A DNA stretch of 64,000 bases from Chlorokybus atmophyticus (GCA_009103225.1 RHPI01001946.1:1-64000); one strand, 5' to 3'; counted from the first letter of the stretch, positions 40,784 to 55,306 are shown. Numbers and translations are program-made. Notes: generated by a model not told the origin, from the sequence alone.

Positions 40784-43700
40784 ATGTGGCGCGGCGCCGC
40801 CGCTTCCACGTGGCGGCGCCGGAGCTGGGCCAGGGCGGTGACACCGTCGCCTGCCTCCTCTTTCTGTTCATCCTCGGCACCACGCTCATCAACAGCAGAG
40901 GCGCCCCCTCTGCGCCGCATTGACACAGTTAGTAGCAGCATTGCATCCAGACCTGCCTTGCAAGCATGTTTAGCTGATCTTTGTGTGAATTGATATCCTG
41001 AACACAGTTGTTTTAGAATTTGCTTCAAAACTGATAGGTACAGGTTGTCTGGTAATGTGCAAATATATTACCAACAAACTCTCCAAAGTCAAGAGGGAGC
41101 ATTGGTCTTTGCAACTACGGCTGTGCTGTGCCTGATGCGCTCGAGAGTGCTGCCGTTCAGTTTCTAGTTGTGTGGTTGCGCTCGATGTTGCTGTCAGATG
41201 GCACGCATGTACACACGTTCACAATATGTGTACATGACGTGCCAACAACAGCGTACGAATAGTCTCCTGCTCTCCTCTTGTCAATGTGGTGCACAAACTT
41301 CAGCACATGGCATCCGGCCTTGCATCCTTTTCAAACCCCAAGTCAACCTCACTTCAACTTCCTGTCTTCTGGAGCAGCTTCTGATTGCGAACAGAGGGGA
41401 GATATCGCGGCGAATAGCGCGCACGTGCGTTCGTGAGAGCGTGACGCCCGTGGCGATATACTCCCCGCTGGACGGGCCTGCCGCACCACACTGCCGACTG
41501 CTGCCCGGAGCCTCCTCTCGGGCCCTGCGTGTGCCGTCCTACCTCGATGCCGAGGGCGTGCTGGAGGCTGCAGAGCGCGCAGGTGCACAGGTGAGAATGG
41601 TGATGTTGTTGGTGTCGTCGTCGTGGTCTTCATTGCTGCTGCTGCTGCTGCTGTCGCCATTCGTGCGCATGCATGGGCATGCGTGTGCGTGCAGGCGTGT
41701 CCGCATGCAAGCACGTGTGCGCGTGTGGGCGCGTGTTTGCGTGTGCACATGGGGTGGTCGAGTGCAACCCCGTGCGCATGCATGTGCGTTTGTATGTGTG
41801 ACACTTTGTCTGTTGGTCTCAAGTGCAGGCAATTCATCCCGGGTATGGCTTCTTGTCCGAGAACGCGGAGTTTGCCGAGCTGTGTCGGCAGCGGGGTGTT
41901 GTGTTTGTTGGACCCCCACCCGGTGCTATACGAGCCATGGGCTCCAAAAGGTGCACTCCAAAGTCACTGTGTTGTGATGGTGGAAGAGCCCACTGCATGC
42001 ACACACAGTACCGCATGCACTTACATGTGCCCACGCAGCGCATCCAAGGCTATCATGGAAGCCGCCGGCGTGCCCATAGTCCCGGGCTATCATGGCAGCG
42101 ACCAGTCCTTTGAAACATTCCGCTCGCATGCAGAGAGGTATCATGTGTGTGTGTGCATGCATGTGTGCTTGTGAGCATGCGTGTATGCCTAATCGTGGGT
42201 ACATCTGCTTGTGCACACGTACACATTGCCATGTTGCCAACCTGTTGTCTCCTCTCCTCTTCTCTCGCCAGAATCGGTTACCCTGTGCTGGTGAAGCCGG
42301 TGGCGGGGGGCGGCGGCAAAGGCATGTACGTGGTGCGGTCTGCGCATGAGCTGGCGGACGCCCTTGCCGCTGCTGCTCGTACCGCTGACGCCGCTTTTGG
42401 CGACCCTGCGCTCCTTATTGAGAAGTATGTGCAGCGGGCTCGTCATGTTGAAGTGCAGGTGAGAATCAGAGAAGATGCAAGTTTGCTCGTGAGCGTTTAT
42501 GCATGGTTAGCTGGTTAGCTAGCATGTCCACACGCACGCATAAGCATCTGTTGGCGCTTTTTGTGTGTGGTGATATTGTGTGCACTTGTGCATTGTGCTT
42601 TTGTTTCTGCACACTCAATGTGTCCAAGGAATTGCAGCTCAGCTGTCATCTTCAGCATGATCTCGCACATGTGTGCGCGCATGCGCACTTGTGCATGTGT
42701 GTGCTTCAGTGTGCATGCACACACGCACGCCATGGTCAGATTGCGCACACCATGCTCGTCTTCAACAGGTGTTTGCGGACGCGCATGGAAACGTGGTGCA
42801 CTTGTTTGAGCGCGACTGCAGCGTTCAGCGGCGGCACCAGAAGGTGGTGGAGGAGGCGCCGGCGTTCAACCCGGATCGAAGTAGCGATCCTGCTTCGATC
42901 GCTAAGTTTGAGCGGTTTCGTGCCGACATCTGCCATGCTGCCGTTGAGGCCGCCCGTGCCGTTGGCTATGTCAATGCCGGCACGGTCGAGTTCATTGTCG
43001 ACTGCGACTCGGGGGAGTTCTACTTCATGGAGATGAACACGCGCCTGCAGGAAAGGAGTTGCTTGCATCAACTGCAATTTTACCAACAGTAATAGCAGCA
43101 TCAGCATCAGCATTACCATCACCATCAGCATCAGCATCAGCATCAGCATCACCATCACCATCACCATCACCATCACCATCACCATCACCATCACCATCAC
43201 CATCACCATCACCATCACCATCACCATCACCATCACCATCACCATCACCATCACCATCAACATCAACATCAACATCAACATCACCATCACCATCACCATC
43301 ACCATCACCATCACCATCACCATCACCATCACCATCACCATCACCATCACCATCACCATCACCATCACCATCACCATCACCATCACCATCACCATCACCA
43401 TCACCATCACCATCACCATCACCATCACCATCACCATCACCATCACCATCACCATCACCATCACCATCACCATCACCATCACCATCACCATCACCATCAC
43501 CATCACCATCACCATCACCATCACCATCACCATCACCATCACCATCACCATCACCATCACCATCACCATCACCATCACCATCACCATCACCATCACCATC
43601 ACCATCACCATCACCATCACCATCACCATCACCATCACCATCAGCATCAGCATCAGCATCACCATCACCATCACCATCACCATCACCATCACCATCACCA

Positions 43701-45343
43701 TCACCATCACCATCACCATCACCATCACCATCACCATCACCATCACCATCACCATCACCATCACCATCAACATCAACATCAACACCAACATCAACATCAA
43801 CATCACCAGCACCATCAACATCATCGTCAAAATTTATGCAACCATCGTGCGTTACACCTGCACACCCACATGCACATGCGTACGCACAGGCACAGGCACA
43901 CGCACAGGCACGCAGACATACGCACGCGCATATCATTTGTCTCATCACACAACACTCTCAGGTGGAGCATCCGGTGACAGAGATGGTTACAGGTGTGGAC
44001 TTGGTATCTTGGCAGCTGGCGGTGGCATCAGGCCAGCCGCTGCCACTGAGGCAGTCCAACATCCGCGCGCGCGGCCACGCCGTAGAGGCTCGTGTGTATG
44101 CGGAAGACATCCCCGCAGGCTTCCTGCCCGCTGCCGGCCGCATTCATGCTGTCCACTGGCCGCACAGAGACAATATCCGCGTGGAGGCCGGCGTGGACGG
44201 CGGCGATGAGGTGTCCATACACTATGACCCCATGATAGCGAAGGTGCGGTTGTTGTGCTTGTTGCCAAAGCCAATATGACGTGCTGTGTAGTACGCAAAC
44301 TCATTGAACTTGGTGTTACAAAGGTGGTTGCGCAAGGACCGGACCGTAAGAGTGCCATCAAGACGCTGCATTCTGCGCTTGGTGACTTGCGCATTGCGGG
44401 TCCGCCCAACAACGTTGGCTTCCTGCGCCGCGTGCTCGCGCACGAGAGCTTTCTTGCCGGAGACGTGGACACGGGGTTCATCAAGCAGCACGAGGGAGAC
44501 CTCTTGAGCGCTAACAACAAACAAGACACGCAACGTGCGCTCGCGCTTGCCGCTGTTGCGCAATGCCTGAGAGAACGAGAGTCAATAATGTCGGAGGGAC
44601 CCAACAGCTCTGCGTGGGCGTGTGCATACGGCAAACGCCTCAACCACAACTATACGCGCGATGTGTATCTTGGTGATAAGGACTTTGCACATGTGACGTT
44701 GGAAGATGACGACGTCTATAGCGCTGATGTCAACAGTGCCAAGCGCGATATCCGTGCCACGCTGCATGGAGATAAGCTTAGGGCCGATGTTGATGGCGAG
44801 CTCTGCACAGCGCATGTGGCGAATTTTACACAACAGGGGAAAGCACACACGGTGTTGTGGGTCGGCGGGGACGAGCACCACTTTGCTGTGGATGTCAGCA
44901 CGCACGCTGTTGGCGTTGGAGCCGCTGGCACCAATGTCGGCACCATCAGCGCCCCAATGGCGGGACGCGTGGTGAAGGTTATGGTTGAGAAAGGGGCCTT
45001 GGTGGATATCGGCACCCCGCTCGTGATTATCGAAGCTATGAAGATGGAGGTGAGTCTGGCTGCCGCATGGCGGGTGTGCGCGTGCGTGTGCGTGTGTTTG
45101 CGTGTTCTTGTTTGTGAGTCCGTGTGCGTGTCTGTGCACATGCGTGTGCGTGTCTGTGCACATGCATGTGCGTGTTGAGTGCTACTATAACTCGTCTCAT
45201 GCTTGGGATCATGTGTACAGCACACCATGCGGGCGCCATGCGCGGGCACAGTGGAGTCACTGTCTGCGGTTTTGGGAAAGACCGTTGAGCACGGGCAAGT
45301 CTTGGCAGTCATTGCACCTCAGACTGCTGATAGCCCAGCTTAG
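40784..45343 (+). CDS. MCCA: 3-methylcrotonyl-CoA carboxylase alpha (biotin-containing) subunit, mitochondrial, multi-exon
   Basis: Arg/Ser/Ala-rich presequence [15 protein letters not shown]...RRIDT|LLIANRGEI. Biotin carboxylase motifs [61 protein letters not shown]|[16 protein letters not shown]. Biotinyl domain EAMKME|HTMRAP; stop at 45343. Confidence 0.93.
43095..43823. repeat. (ACCATC)n hexanucleotide microsatellite with AGCATC/AACATC variants, inside an MCCA intron
   Basis: About 730 bp of tandem catcac units read directly. This explains the spurious SP, DG and MV dipeptide ORFs in the track. Confidence 0.98.
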
Positions 45344-45350
45344 CTCTAGG

Positions 45351-45668
45351 CAGCACATTGACAGCACACGTGTACATACAAGAAAGCACACAACAACTCA
45401 ATAAGCAACGAGTTCTTTGGCCAGGCCAGTCATCCCTGGCTTTGTTGGGAACTTTAACTTAGTTGCAGCCTTTGATAGCAAGCTGTGTAGTTGTGCAGAT
45501 GATATATGATGCAGCACACTGACAGCACACGTGCACATACAAGAATAGAAAGCACACAACAATTCAATAAGCAACGAGTTCTTTGGCCAGGCCAGTCATC
45601 CCTGGCTTTGTTGGGACCTCTAACTTAGTTGCAGCCTTTGATAGCAAGCTGTGTAGTTGTGCAGATGA
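45351..45668 (+). repeat. Tandem duplication (~155 bp x2) just after the MCCA stop codon
   Basis: cagcacattgacagcacacgtg...gcaacgagttctttggccaggccagtcatccctggctttgttggg...gtgcagatgat at 45351-45503, repeated near-identically at 45512-45668. Confidence 0.95.
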
Positions 45669-47387
45669 TGTCTCTGCACCTTTGGGTTGAGATGGCTGGC
45701 ACAGGGCAGCAATCGGTAGTCACTGCATTATTTCATATTCCCCAGCGTGCCAGCCGCACATGCATACACAGCAGGGCCAGCAGGAGCCGTTACAGGTGCA
45801 CTGCGTATTAGAGCCTCAAGGGTTTTCTAGCTCATGCATTTCTCATTCTCAAACATTGCAGGCATGGCCGCTGCTCATAAGAGGCGTACGAGAGAAGCGT
45901 AGCAGTAAATGGAGGCAGCACACAGCACGGAACAACCTGGCAGCACCGGGTTGGCTGCGGCTATGGTTGTGCAGTGCTCGCCACTTCACCATGAATATGG
46001 GTAAGTGAGAGTGTATGTGTCTGCGACACCTAGCATATTACAAGATACAACGGGCTTGGGCCAGCCCAGATGCTGGAGCATACACATGGCATTCGCACTA
46101 CCCGGTCATCTTATGCGTGGCTTTGCATGCAAGTCGTAGTGCTATAACATGATGATGCTAGTGTCATATGTCAGCAATGGAGCACAAGTAGAGGCAGAAG
46201 CTGCACAACCATTATGATTTGTTACAAGCAGCACATGAAAAAAGCAAAGGCTGAGACCATGCTCAGTGGGCTGCTCTCTTGCTCAATGCAGAGGGGGGGG
46301 ACCCTATACGAAATACGGGCGGTATAGACAAACATAATGGCACCCAAAACCAAAGGCATCAAACCATATAATGTAGCTTTGAGTACGCTATGCCATTCAC
46401 GCCAACCGCTTGTACTTGCGACATGCAATGCGCTCTTTTATCAATGGAATTGCACAAACAACAAGCAAGCAGTTAGGTAGCACCAGAGGGCTAGTAAAGG
46501 GCCCTACTGCGAGTGAGTGATACAGTACAGCTCTCTCTCTCAGTCACAGTAGGCTGCTACATGTAGCAGCGGGCAGCAGATTGGCGACAGCAGCAGAACA
46601 TGCAGGCGACACAGCTGTACCTGCAGTGCAGCCGGCGTATCAGCTCCGCCAGCAGCAGGCGTCGCAGCAGTATCACAAGGATAACACGACCGCGACATGA
46701 CGACGATGACCATGACGTTTGACTTGACAGCCGCCGCCGCCGCCATACAGGTGCACGTGATGTGATTCTCTGTGAGCGATGTGCATGGGTCAAAGCAAGC
46801 GAGCAAGGGAAGGGCGCGCATGCCAAGCACGCTGTGCACGTGACTGGACCCACGCAGTATGCATGTAGCACACGCGGCTTCTGCCGTAGTCTCAGGGTGG
46901 CGGAGATTAATTTGAAGTGAGACTCTCATTATTCAACTCTCATTAAAAAGTTAACTTGAATTGAGACTCGCGCCAATCTGCCGCCATCAAGTGTCCAACG
47001 ACCTTGAGAACTACTGTTTGTAACGCTGTATGTCAGTGCCTTAATCTCTCTCGCGTTCGTTGTATGACGAAAGCAAGGTATTCAAAGTTTTTGCCTTGCT
47101 GTTAGCAAGTGAGTTACTTTCTGAGGGTTCTCGTCGCAGGGCATTGACACGCTCTGAATTGTGCCTAGAACGGTTAGCAGAAAATTCTGCAATCGGCATG
47201 CTGTGAATATTTACAATGGCCAATGCGCCTGTTGAAGCCAATCCAGTGGATATTTTCCTGTTTACTGTTGCCTTTCTGAAATTTTTTGATTGGTTTGTGG
47301 ATTTGAAGCAGCAGGTTGGTCGCTGGTTGGGCGGGGAGGGGGGTGTTGGGCGCGGCGGCGTGGTCGGTGTGTGGTCTCTTCGTCAGC

Positions 47388-50197
<2,810 letters not shown>

Positions 50198-51323
50198 TCT
50201 TCTTGGTTGCTTGCTCATTGACTGTATATCAGCCATGCGCAGTCGTTGAATGTAGAGATATAATCTGTACAGTAGGGTGGTTGGAGTACAGGTTGGTTGC
50301 CAGGACCAGTATGTCATAAGTATCAGCAGCAAGTAGGTGGCAGTTTTTGGCAACCAAAGTGTCTGCGCTATGTGCTGCAGAGCTCTCAACTATGTTAGCA
50401 GTTGTTTGGCTGCGCACGTTTGACTAGCATATTGGTAGCAGCAGCTGTCGTGTAAATGTATGCAACTGCTAAAGCTTAAACTCAGGCGCATCTCGTGCGT
50501 AGATGCAGATTGAGAGCGCAAAGCAACGCGAGTGTGTAAAAGCTCCTGTGTACGAAGTGTGTCTAGCATGTTGCTCGTTAACTAGCATGTTGCTTGGCTG
50601 ACTGTTTATTGATGAAAGCTGATTGGACAGTGTCCTGTCGTACACAGTTGCGTTGCTACATACATCATGTTATGTGCTGAGGCATAACGCCTGGCTTTGG
50701 CATTGGAAGGCTAGTGAATATGCAGCTGCGCGAGCGTACACATTTACACGCTCGTACTTAAACTTATGTACCTAGGTGTACACATTCGTACACACCACGA
50801 AGATATAGACGTAATTGTAGTGCACAGGTACAGTATTGTTGTAGGAACGTACACGACAGTACCAAGGTAGTGTGCAACGGTATTTCACAGGTGATAGGGT
50901 GTTTTTGAGCAGTATCTCGCACTTTTCTAGGGGTAACAGCTATGCATAGTTTTGCAATACATACCTGTCGCCATGTTGATGACAAGATAGATATCTGGAC
51001 TATCATGTGAACTGGCCAGCGTGTGGAAATGTACTTGTGACAGCTTCTGTTAGCATAAAATCACAATCTGCGCAAAGCTTGAGACATGACAGGCGAAACC
51101 CTTCCATGCACTCATTCCGCAAGCAATGCACAACATGTCTGCATACATCACTGTCGTTGATATTGGTTGTAGCACATCACTACTCACAACCTCGTAAAAG
51201 CACTAAAACATCATCCGTAAACTATTCTGTCAGCTCTACACATGAGACAAAAAGCAACAAACCATTTAACGCCTTCTCTCTCGCTGATAGTCCACTATTA
51301 CTGCAAGGCTTACGACAAGCAGC

Positions 51324-52066
51324 CTACTTGGCACCACCGTAGGCGGCGATAGCCTGAGCGAAGGTAATGTCCAAGCCGTTGGGTCCGGACTTGGCCTTCA
51401 TGACGTCAGCTGCGCAGCCTGGGATAAGGGCCACAATCCTGAAGGCCAGCGTATCAACGGCGGCTTCGACTGTGCGCAGGATGGCGGCCACGGGCTGACC
51501 GATGAGAGGGACAGTGCTGAACAGACCAGCTCTGCCAATGAGGACACTGAGAAGGTCCTGGTGCACCTTGATGAACTGGATCGCGGACGTGCACACGACA
51601 CCCTGATCAGCCTTAGGGTAGGCCACAGAGCCAACCAGCCTCTGCGTCATGATAAGACAGTAGTTGAGAGGGTGTATGGGAGAACGTTGGTCAATGGGAT
51701 ACACATGCATGAGAAGATATAAGACAGGACCAGCGGTTATACAAGCACTCACGCACGCATTCTTACCACAGCGAGCTGAGCACCGGTGGTTGCGATCATG
51801 CCGAAGCGGGAGAGGATCTGCACGAAGGGTCCCTGACCGATGAGTAGGAGAGGGCCGTTGAGCACTGTAAGCGTCTTCGCGATGGTGCGGATGCCGATGG
51901 AGTCGCTCGTCAACATGTCAATCAGGTTGGCCAGGTCGATGTTGCTGGGCTGGGTGGTGGGCATCGGGCAGGGTGGGCATGACTGCGCGTTCGCCACTGA
52001 TGCTGCCATGCCAGACAGCAGCAGGCAGCAGAGGGCAGCGCCCAGCATGGCTTGGTTCTGAGCCAT
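51324..52066 (-). CDS. Secreted protein paralogue A (~205 aa), similar to fungal UVI-1-type proteins; 2 coding exons (52066-51767, 51641-51324)
   Basis: Signal peptide MAQNQAMLGAALCCLLLSGMAASVANA, then ...TVLNGPLLLIGQGPFVQIL...GAQLAV|RLVGSVAYP...QFIKVHQDLLSVLIGRAGLFSTVPLIGQPVAAILRTVEAAVDTLAFRIV...AIAAYGGAK*. Canonical GT-AG intron; clear paralogy to 53884-54591. Confidence 0.85.
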
Positions 52067-52351
52067 CGTTCTTGAATTGACTGCAGAGTGTAAGGGTCAG
52101 TTTGGACTGTCGTTGCGACAGTTGACCCAGTATGACGCAATGCGACAGGCAACACTTGGCATGCATCCCATGCGTCAAATGCGCATGTGCAGAATGCAGT
52201 GTCCATCAACCAACGCATAGCCACTGGACACACCAAACAGTGATGCAAGCGAGGGAGTGCAGAGTACCAAAGCACTAGACATACCTGCTTGGAGTTGCGA
52301 ACTTCTTCCGACGACGCTGGTTTCGATCGACAACACCTGCCCTCCGGCCGT

Positions 52352-52465
52352 TCTCTCCCACCTATATATACATATGGTTGTACATGTATGGGGTACACTT
52401 CTGCATGCCCTTCAGCCAGCCTCGCTTCTTCCTACGGAGTGAGGGGGCATCATTGAACTTCCGCC
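52352..52465 (-). promoter_or_regulatory. Core promoter of paralogue A: upstream GGCGGAAGTTCAATGATGCCC motif and TATATATAG box
   Basis: The same two elements occur in the same order upstream of paralogue B, followed in both by a CCAAGCAG|GT 5'UTR splice donor. Confidence 0.6.
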
Positions 52466-53422
52466 CCTCTGGGAAGATAGCAGCACACTTTTTCCCATTG
52501 TTTTGAAAAATAGTCTTGATTCTCTTACGTAATCCTGCGGTGCCGTGTTTGCGGTGGGTGGCCAACCGGGGGCAAAGAGACAAGCAGACACGTGCCTCAA
52601 ACACAGTGCACGCCTAAAGTTGCCAAGTCGTCACGTGCGCGACTTGTGTGGTGACGCCGTCACCTGTTGTCAGGTAGCACGCTGTAGCAGGTCTTGTACC
52701 GAATCAACCCGTACAGGTGTGTCATAAGGCGCGCATTGCTGTTCTGTGAGGAAAATATGGTAACTGACAGTGTCAGTGTCAGTGGAGGCCCCTTGGTCGA
52801 AAGACGCCTTCACCACAAAGGCCACCAATGCCGCCGGCGCGCGGTGCCAGCAAGTTTACCACGCAAGAAGGCGCGCATTATAGAAGCTATTCTCGTATGG
52901 GTAGCCATTCATGTCTGGCTATAGCCAAGATTGCATGACTTGACGGCTTTGCACCTTAGAAGGCGTGGAGCTCTGAGAAGCCGCTGATCAGCCCAACATC
53001 ACTATACTTGGCAATATCTGGTGTCGTGACAGAGAACTTGTGACCATCATGGCACGGTAGATCGCGCCAAAAGCTCTCAAAAGCACATGTGACCTCGTCA
53101 CTTGTGGTCTTTACTCGATATCCCCTAGCACAGATTGCGTCGAACTATAGAAACGGCAAGTACATTGCGCGCTGACTCAAGATGCAATCGACAGTCAGAC
53201 ACAGCCGCGACTGATAGCGGTCTTTGATGGCGCGCGGCGGGCCCGACAGCCTCCGCACCACCAGTTTTTGCTCTTTTCAAAGGGACAATCTGTTCAGCCA
53301 CAGAAGACGGACCAAATCTACCGCAAACGCACGTGACAAGCGCTTCTTGGTGCTTCTTGCGTGCATGCATGCGCGCCCTGCTGGGCAGCCACCAAGGCAG
53401 GAAGGAGGACAAGGGAAGGGGC

Positions 53423-53502
53423 GGCGGAAGTTTAATGATGCCCTCTCTCTGTAGGAGGTGAAGGGTATGGACAAGTATACGTACGCACATGTGTATATAT
53501 AG
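53423..53502 (+). promoter_or_regulatory. Core promoter of paralogue B: GGCGGAAGTTTAATGATGCCC motif and TATATATAG box
   Basis: 21-nt motif at 53423-53443 (one mismatch to the copy at 52445-52465); TATA box at 53494-53502. Confidence 0.6.
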
Positions 53503-53883
53503 TGGCCAGGGTTACCAGTTCTGGCAGGTGTTGCCGAGCTGATTCAAGTGACTCTGAGAAAACCCACTACACCAAGCAGGTGGGCCTCAGTGGCTTGGTA
53601 TGCGCTCCCTCGCTTGCGTCGCTGTTTGGTGTGTCCAATGGCTATGCGTTGGTTGATGGGCACTGCCTGTTTACCATGTGGGGTTTGGTGCATGTGTTGC
53701 AGTTGTGCGTCTTACGCATGTCATGCATGTCGAGTGCTACCTATCGCATTTGAACGCGCATGTCTTGCGGCTGTTGCCTGCGCACTTCTTACCTTGTCAC
53801 ATCCAGCGCCATTGCGTGTACCTAATGTGACCTCACTTTCTTCTATCTGTCTGTGTATCAGTTCTCAAAGAAAGACAGCCAAG

Positions 53884-54591
53884 ATGGCCCGCAAGATGGC
53901 CGTCGCGGTCCTCTGCATGATGCTGTTCGCTGTGGTGTCGGTCGACGCCCAGACATGCAGCTGCACAGGAGCCAACCGCCCCTCTGCGTCCAGCCTGGCC
54001 GCATCCATCAAGACATTGACCGCGCAGTCCCGCGCCATCCGTTCCATCGCTGAAACCATCACCACCATCAACGGCCCCCTGATCATCCTTGGCCAGGGTC
54101 CCTTCCCTGAGATCATCTCACGCTTTGTCACCATCACCACCACCGGCGTCAACGTGGCTGTGGTAAGTGTGGGTGTGTCCAAAGGGTGTATGTGCATCCG
54201 GGTGCATTTGAGTGTTGAAAATTTTACGGTTGCATACTTGGAGACTCTGCAACAAAGCTCACGTTCTTCTTGATTGCAGACCCTCGTGGGCGCTACTGCC
54301 TACCCCGCCGCTAACCAGGGTGTGGTCTGCAACGCCCTGATCGAGTTCATCCATGTACACCAGGCTCTCCTGGGCGTCCTCATCGACAAGGGTGGACTGT
54401 TCTCTGAAGTCCCCTTGATCGGCCAGCCTGTTGCCGCTGTCTTGCAGACCCTTGAGGCCGCTGTGGACACGCTCGCATTCGGCATTGTTGGCACCATCCC
54501 CGGCTGCAGGACGAAGGCCATGAACGCCAACCAGGGCCTCAAGTCGGCCTTTGCCAGCGCTATCCAGACATACCAGGGCCTCAACATTTAA
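53884..54591 (+). CDS. Secreted protein paralogue B (~196 aa), similar to fungal UVI-1-type proteins; 2 coding exons (53884-54162, 54280-54591)
   Basis: Signal peptide MARKMAVAVLCMMLFAVVSVDA, then ...TTINGPLIILGQGPFPEII...GVNVAV|TLVGATAYP...EFIHVHQALLGVLIDKGGLFSEVPLIGQPVAAVLQTLEAAVDTLAFGIV...AIQTYQGLNI*. Intron at the same codon position as in paralogue A. Confidence 0.87.
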
Positions 54592-55306
54592 GCTAAAAAC
54601 TTAGAGAGTTTTTTTGTTTCTGAGCTTAAGTTTCCGGCTGACCTGCAATGGCAGAGTGGAGCTTAGTAGTAAAAGGTGTAGAGTTGGGTTTGTGGACAGT
54701 ATGCTAAATTCAAAATCAAAGTGAATGCTGCCAAGTGACAGTAGCTTTTGCACCTTTTTTGTGGGCTTGGTATTGTCTCACTCCGACGTGACGATAATTC
54801 ATCTACCATGAAAAATACTCTGCGCTACCGTGACCTCTACGTAATGTTGATGTGTTGGAAACTGTGAGTGTCGGCATGCACCAAACAGTTGGCTCTCTGG
54901 TGATGATGAGTATGTAACATTGATGAGTTTAGATTGAGACAACTGACTCATCCTATTGCCAGTACTGTTATTGCCAATAATTACAGTGACAGCATTGTGG
55001 TTAGTCATTGAGTAAGCAGAACAGCATGTCATTCAATTCAGTCCATGCTATTGGCTGTGGTTGTTACTTGGAATGAGCACGTCTATTAGTAAACCTTATC
55101 CAGTGTGACTGAATCCAAAGCCCTTTGACACTTGATCATCAGCCCAACCAGTGGAACATGCACCAATGTCTTTGCCAATGTCTTGATCTTTGAACCAATG
55201 AGACTGTAATTCAATGTTGACGCTGTGACAATTCATACATGGCCATGCTCATACAATGTCCAGTGTAGAGCAGATAATCTCACAAGCAGCAGTGTGCTAC
55301 TTATTC

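Noticed and set aside
42736-43948. Long ORFs of MV, DG and SP dipeptide repeats (307-406 aa)
   Set aside because: Translations of the intronic (ACCATC)n microsatellite. The 406-aa + ORF merely runs into the next real MCCA exon.
46222-46428. VLKATLYGL resembling the Copia RT motif LKKxLYGLKQ
   Set aside because: No KQAPRAW, YVDD or other Copia motifs nearby and no LTRs.
45760-46760. Possible small gene or lncRNA (CG-rich MAAAAAVKSN... segment on the minus strand, stray donor sites)
   Set aside because: Could not assemble a phase-consistent exon chain or recognise any domain.
53540-53670. TPP riboswitch in the 5'UTR intron or exon of paralogue B (a CTGAGA word at ~53555)
   Set aside because: The remaining TPP consensus (GGG...CUGAGA, CCUGAA/U, AUxCxxGCGxAGG) is absent, and CTGAGA is not shared with paralogue A.
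52920-55210. Short shared words (atcagcccaac, ttg(g/c)caat(a/g)tct) at ~52990 and ~55140
   Set aside because: Too short and degenerate to define an element; no transposase motif found in translation.
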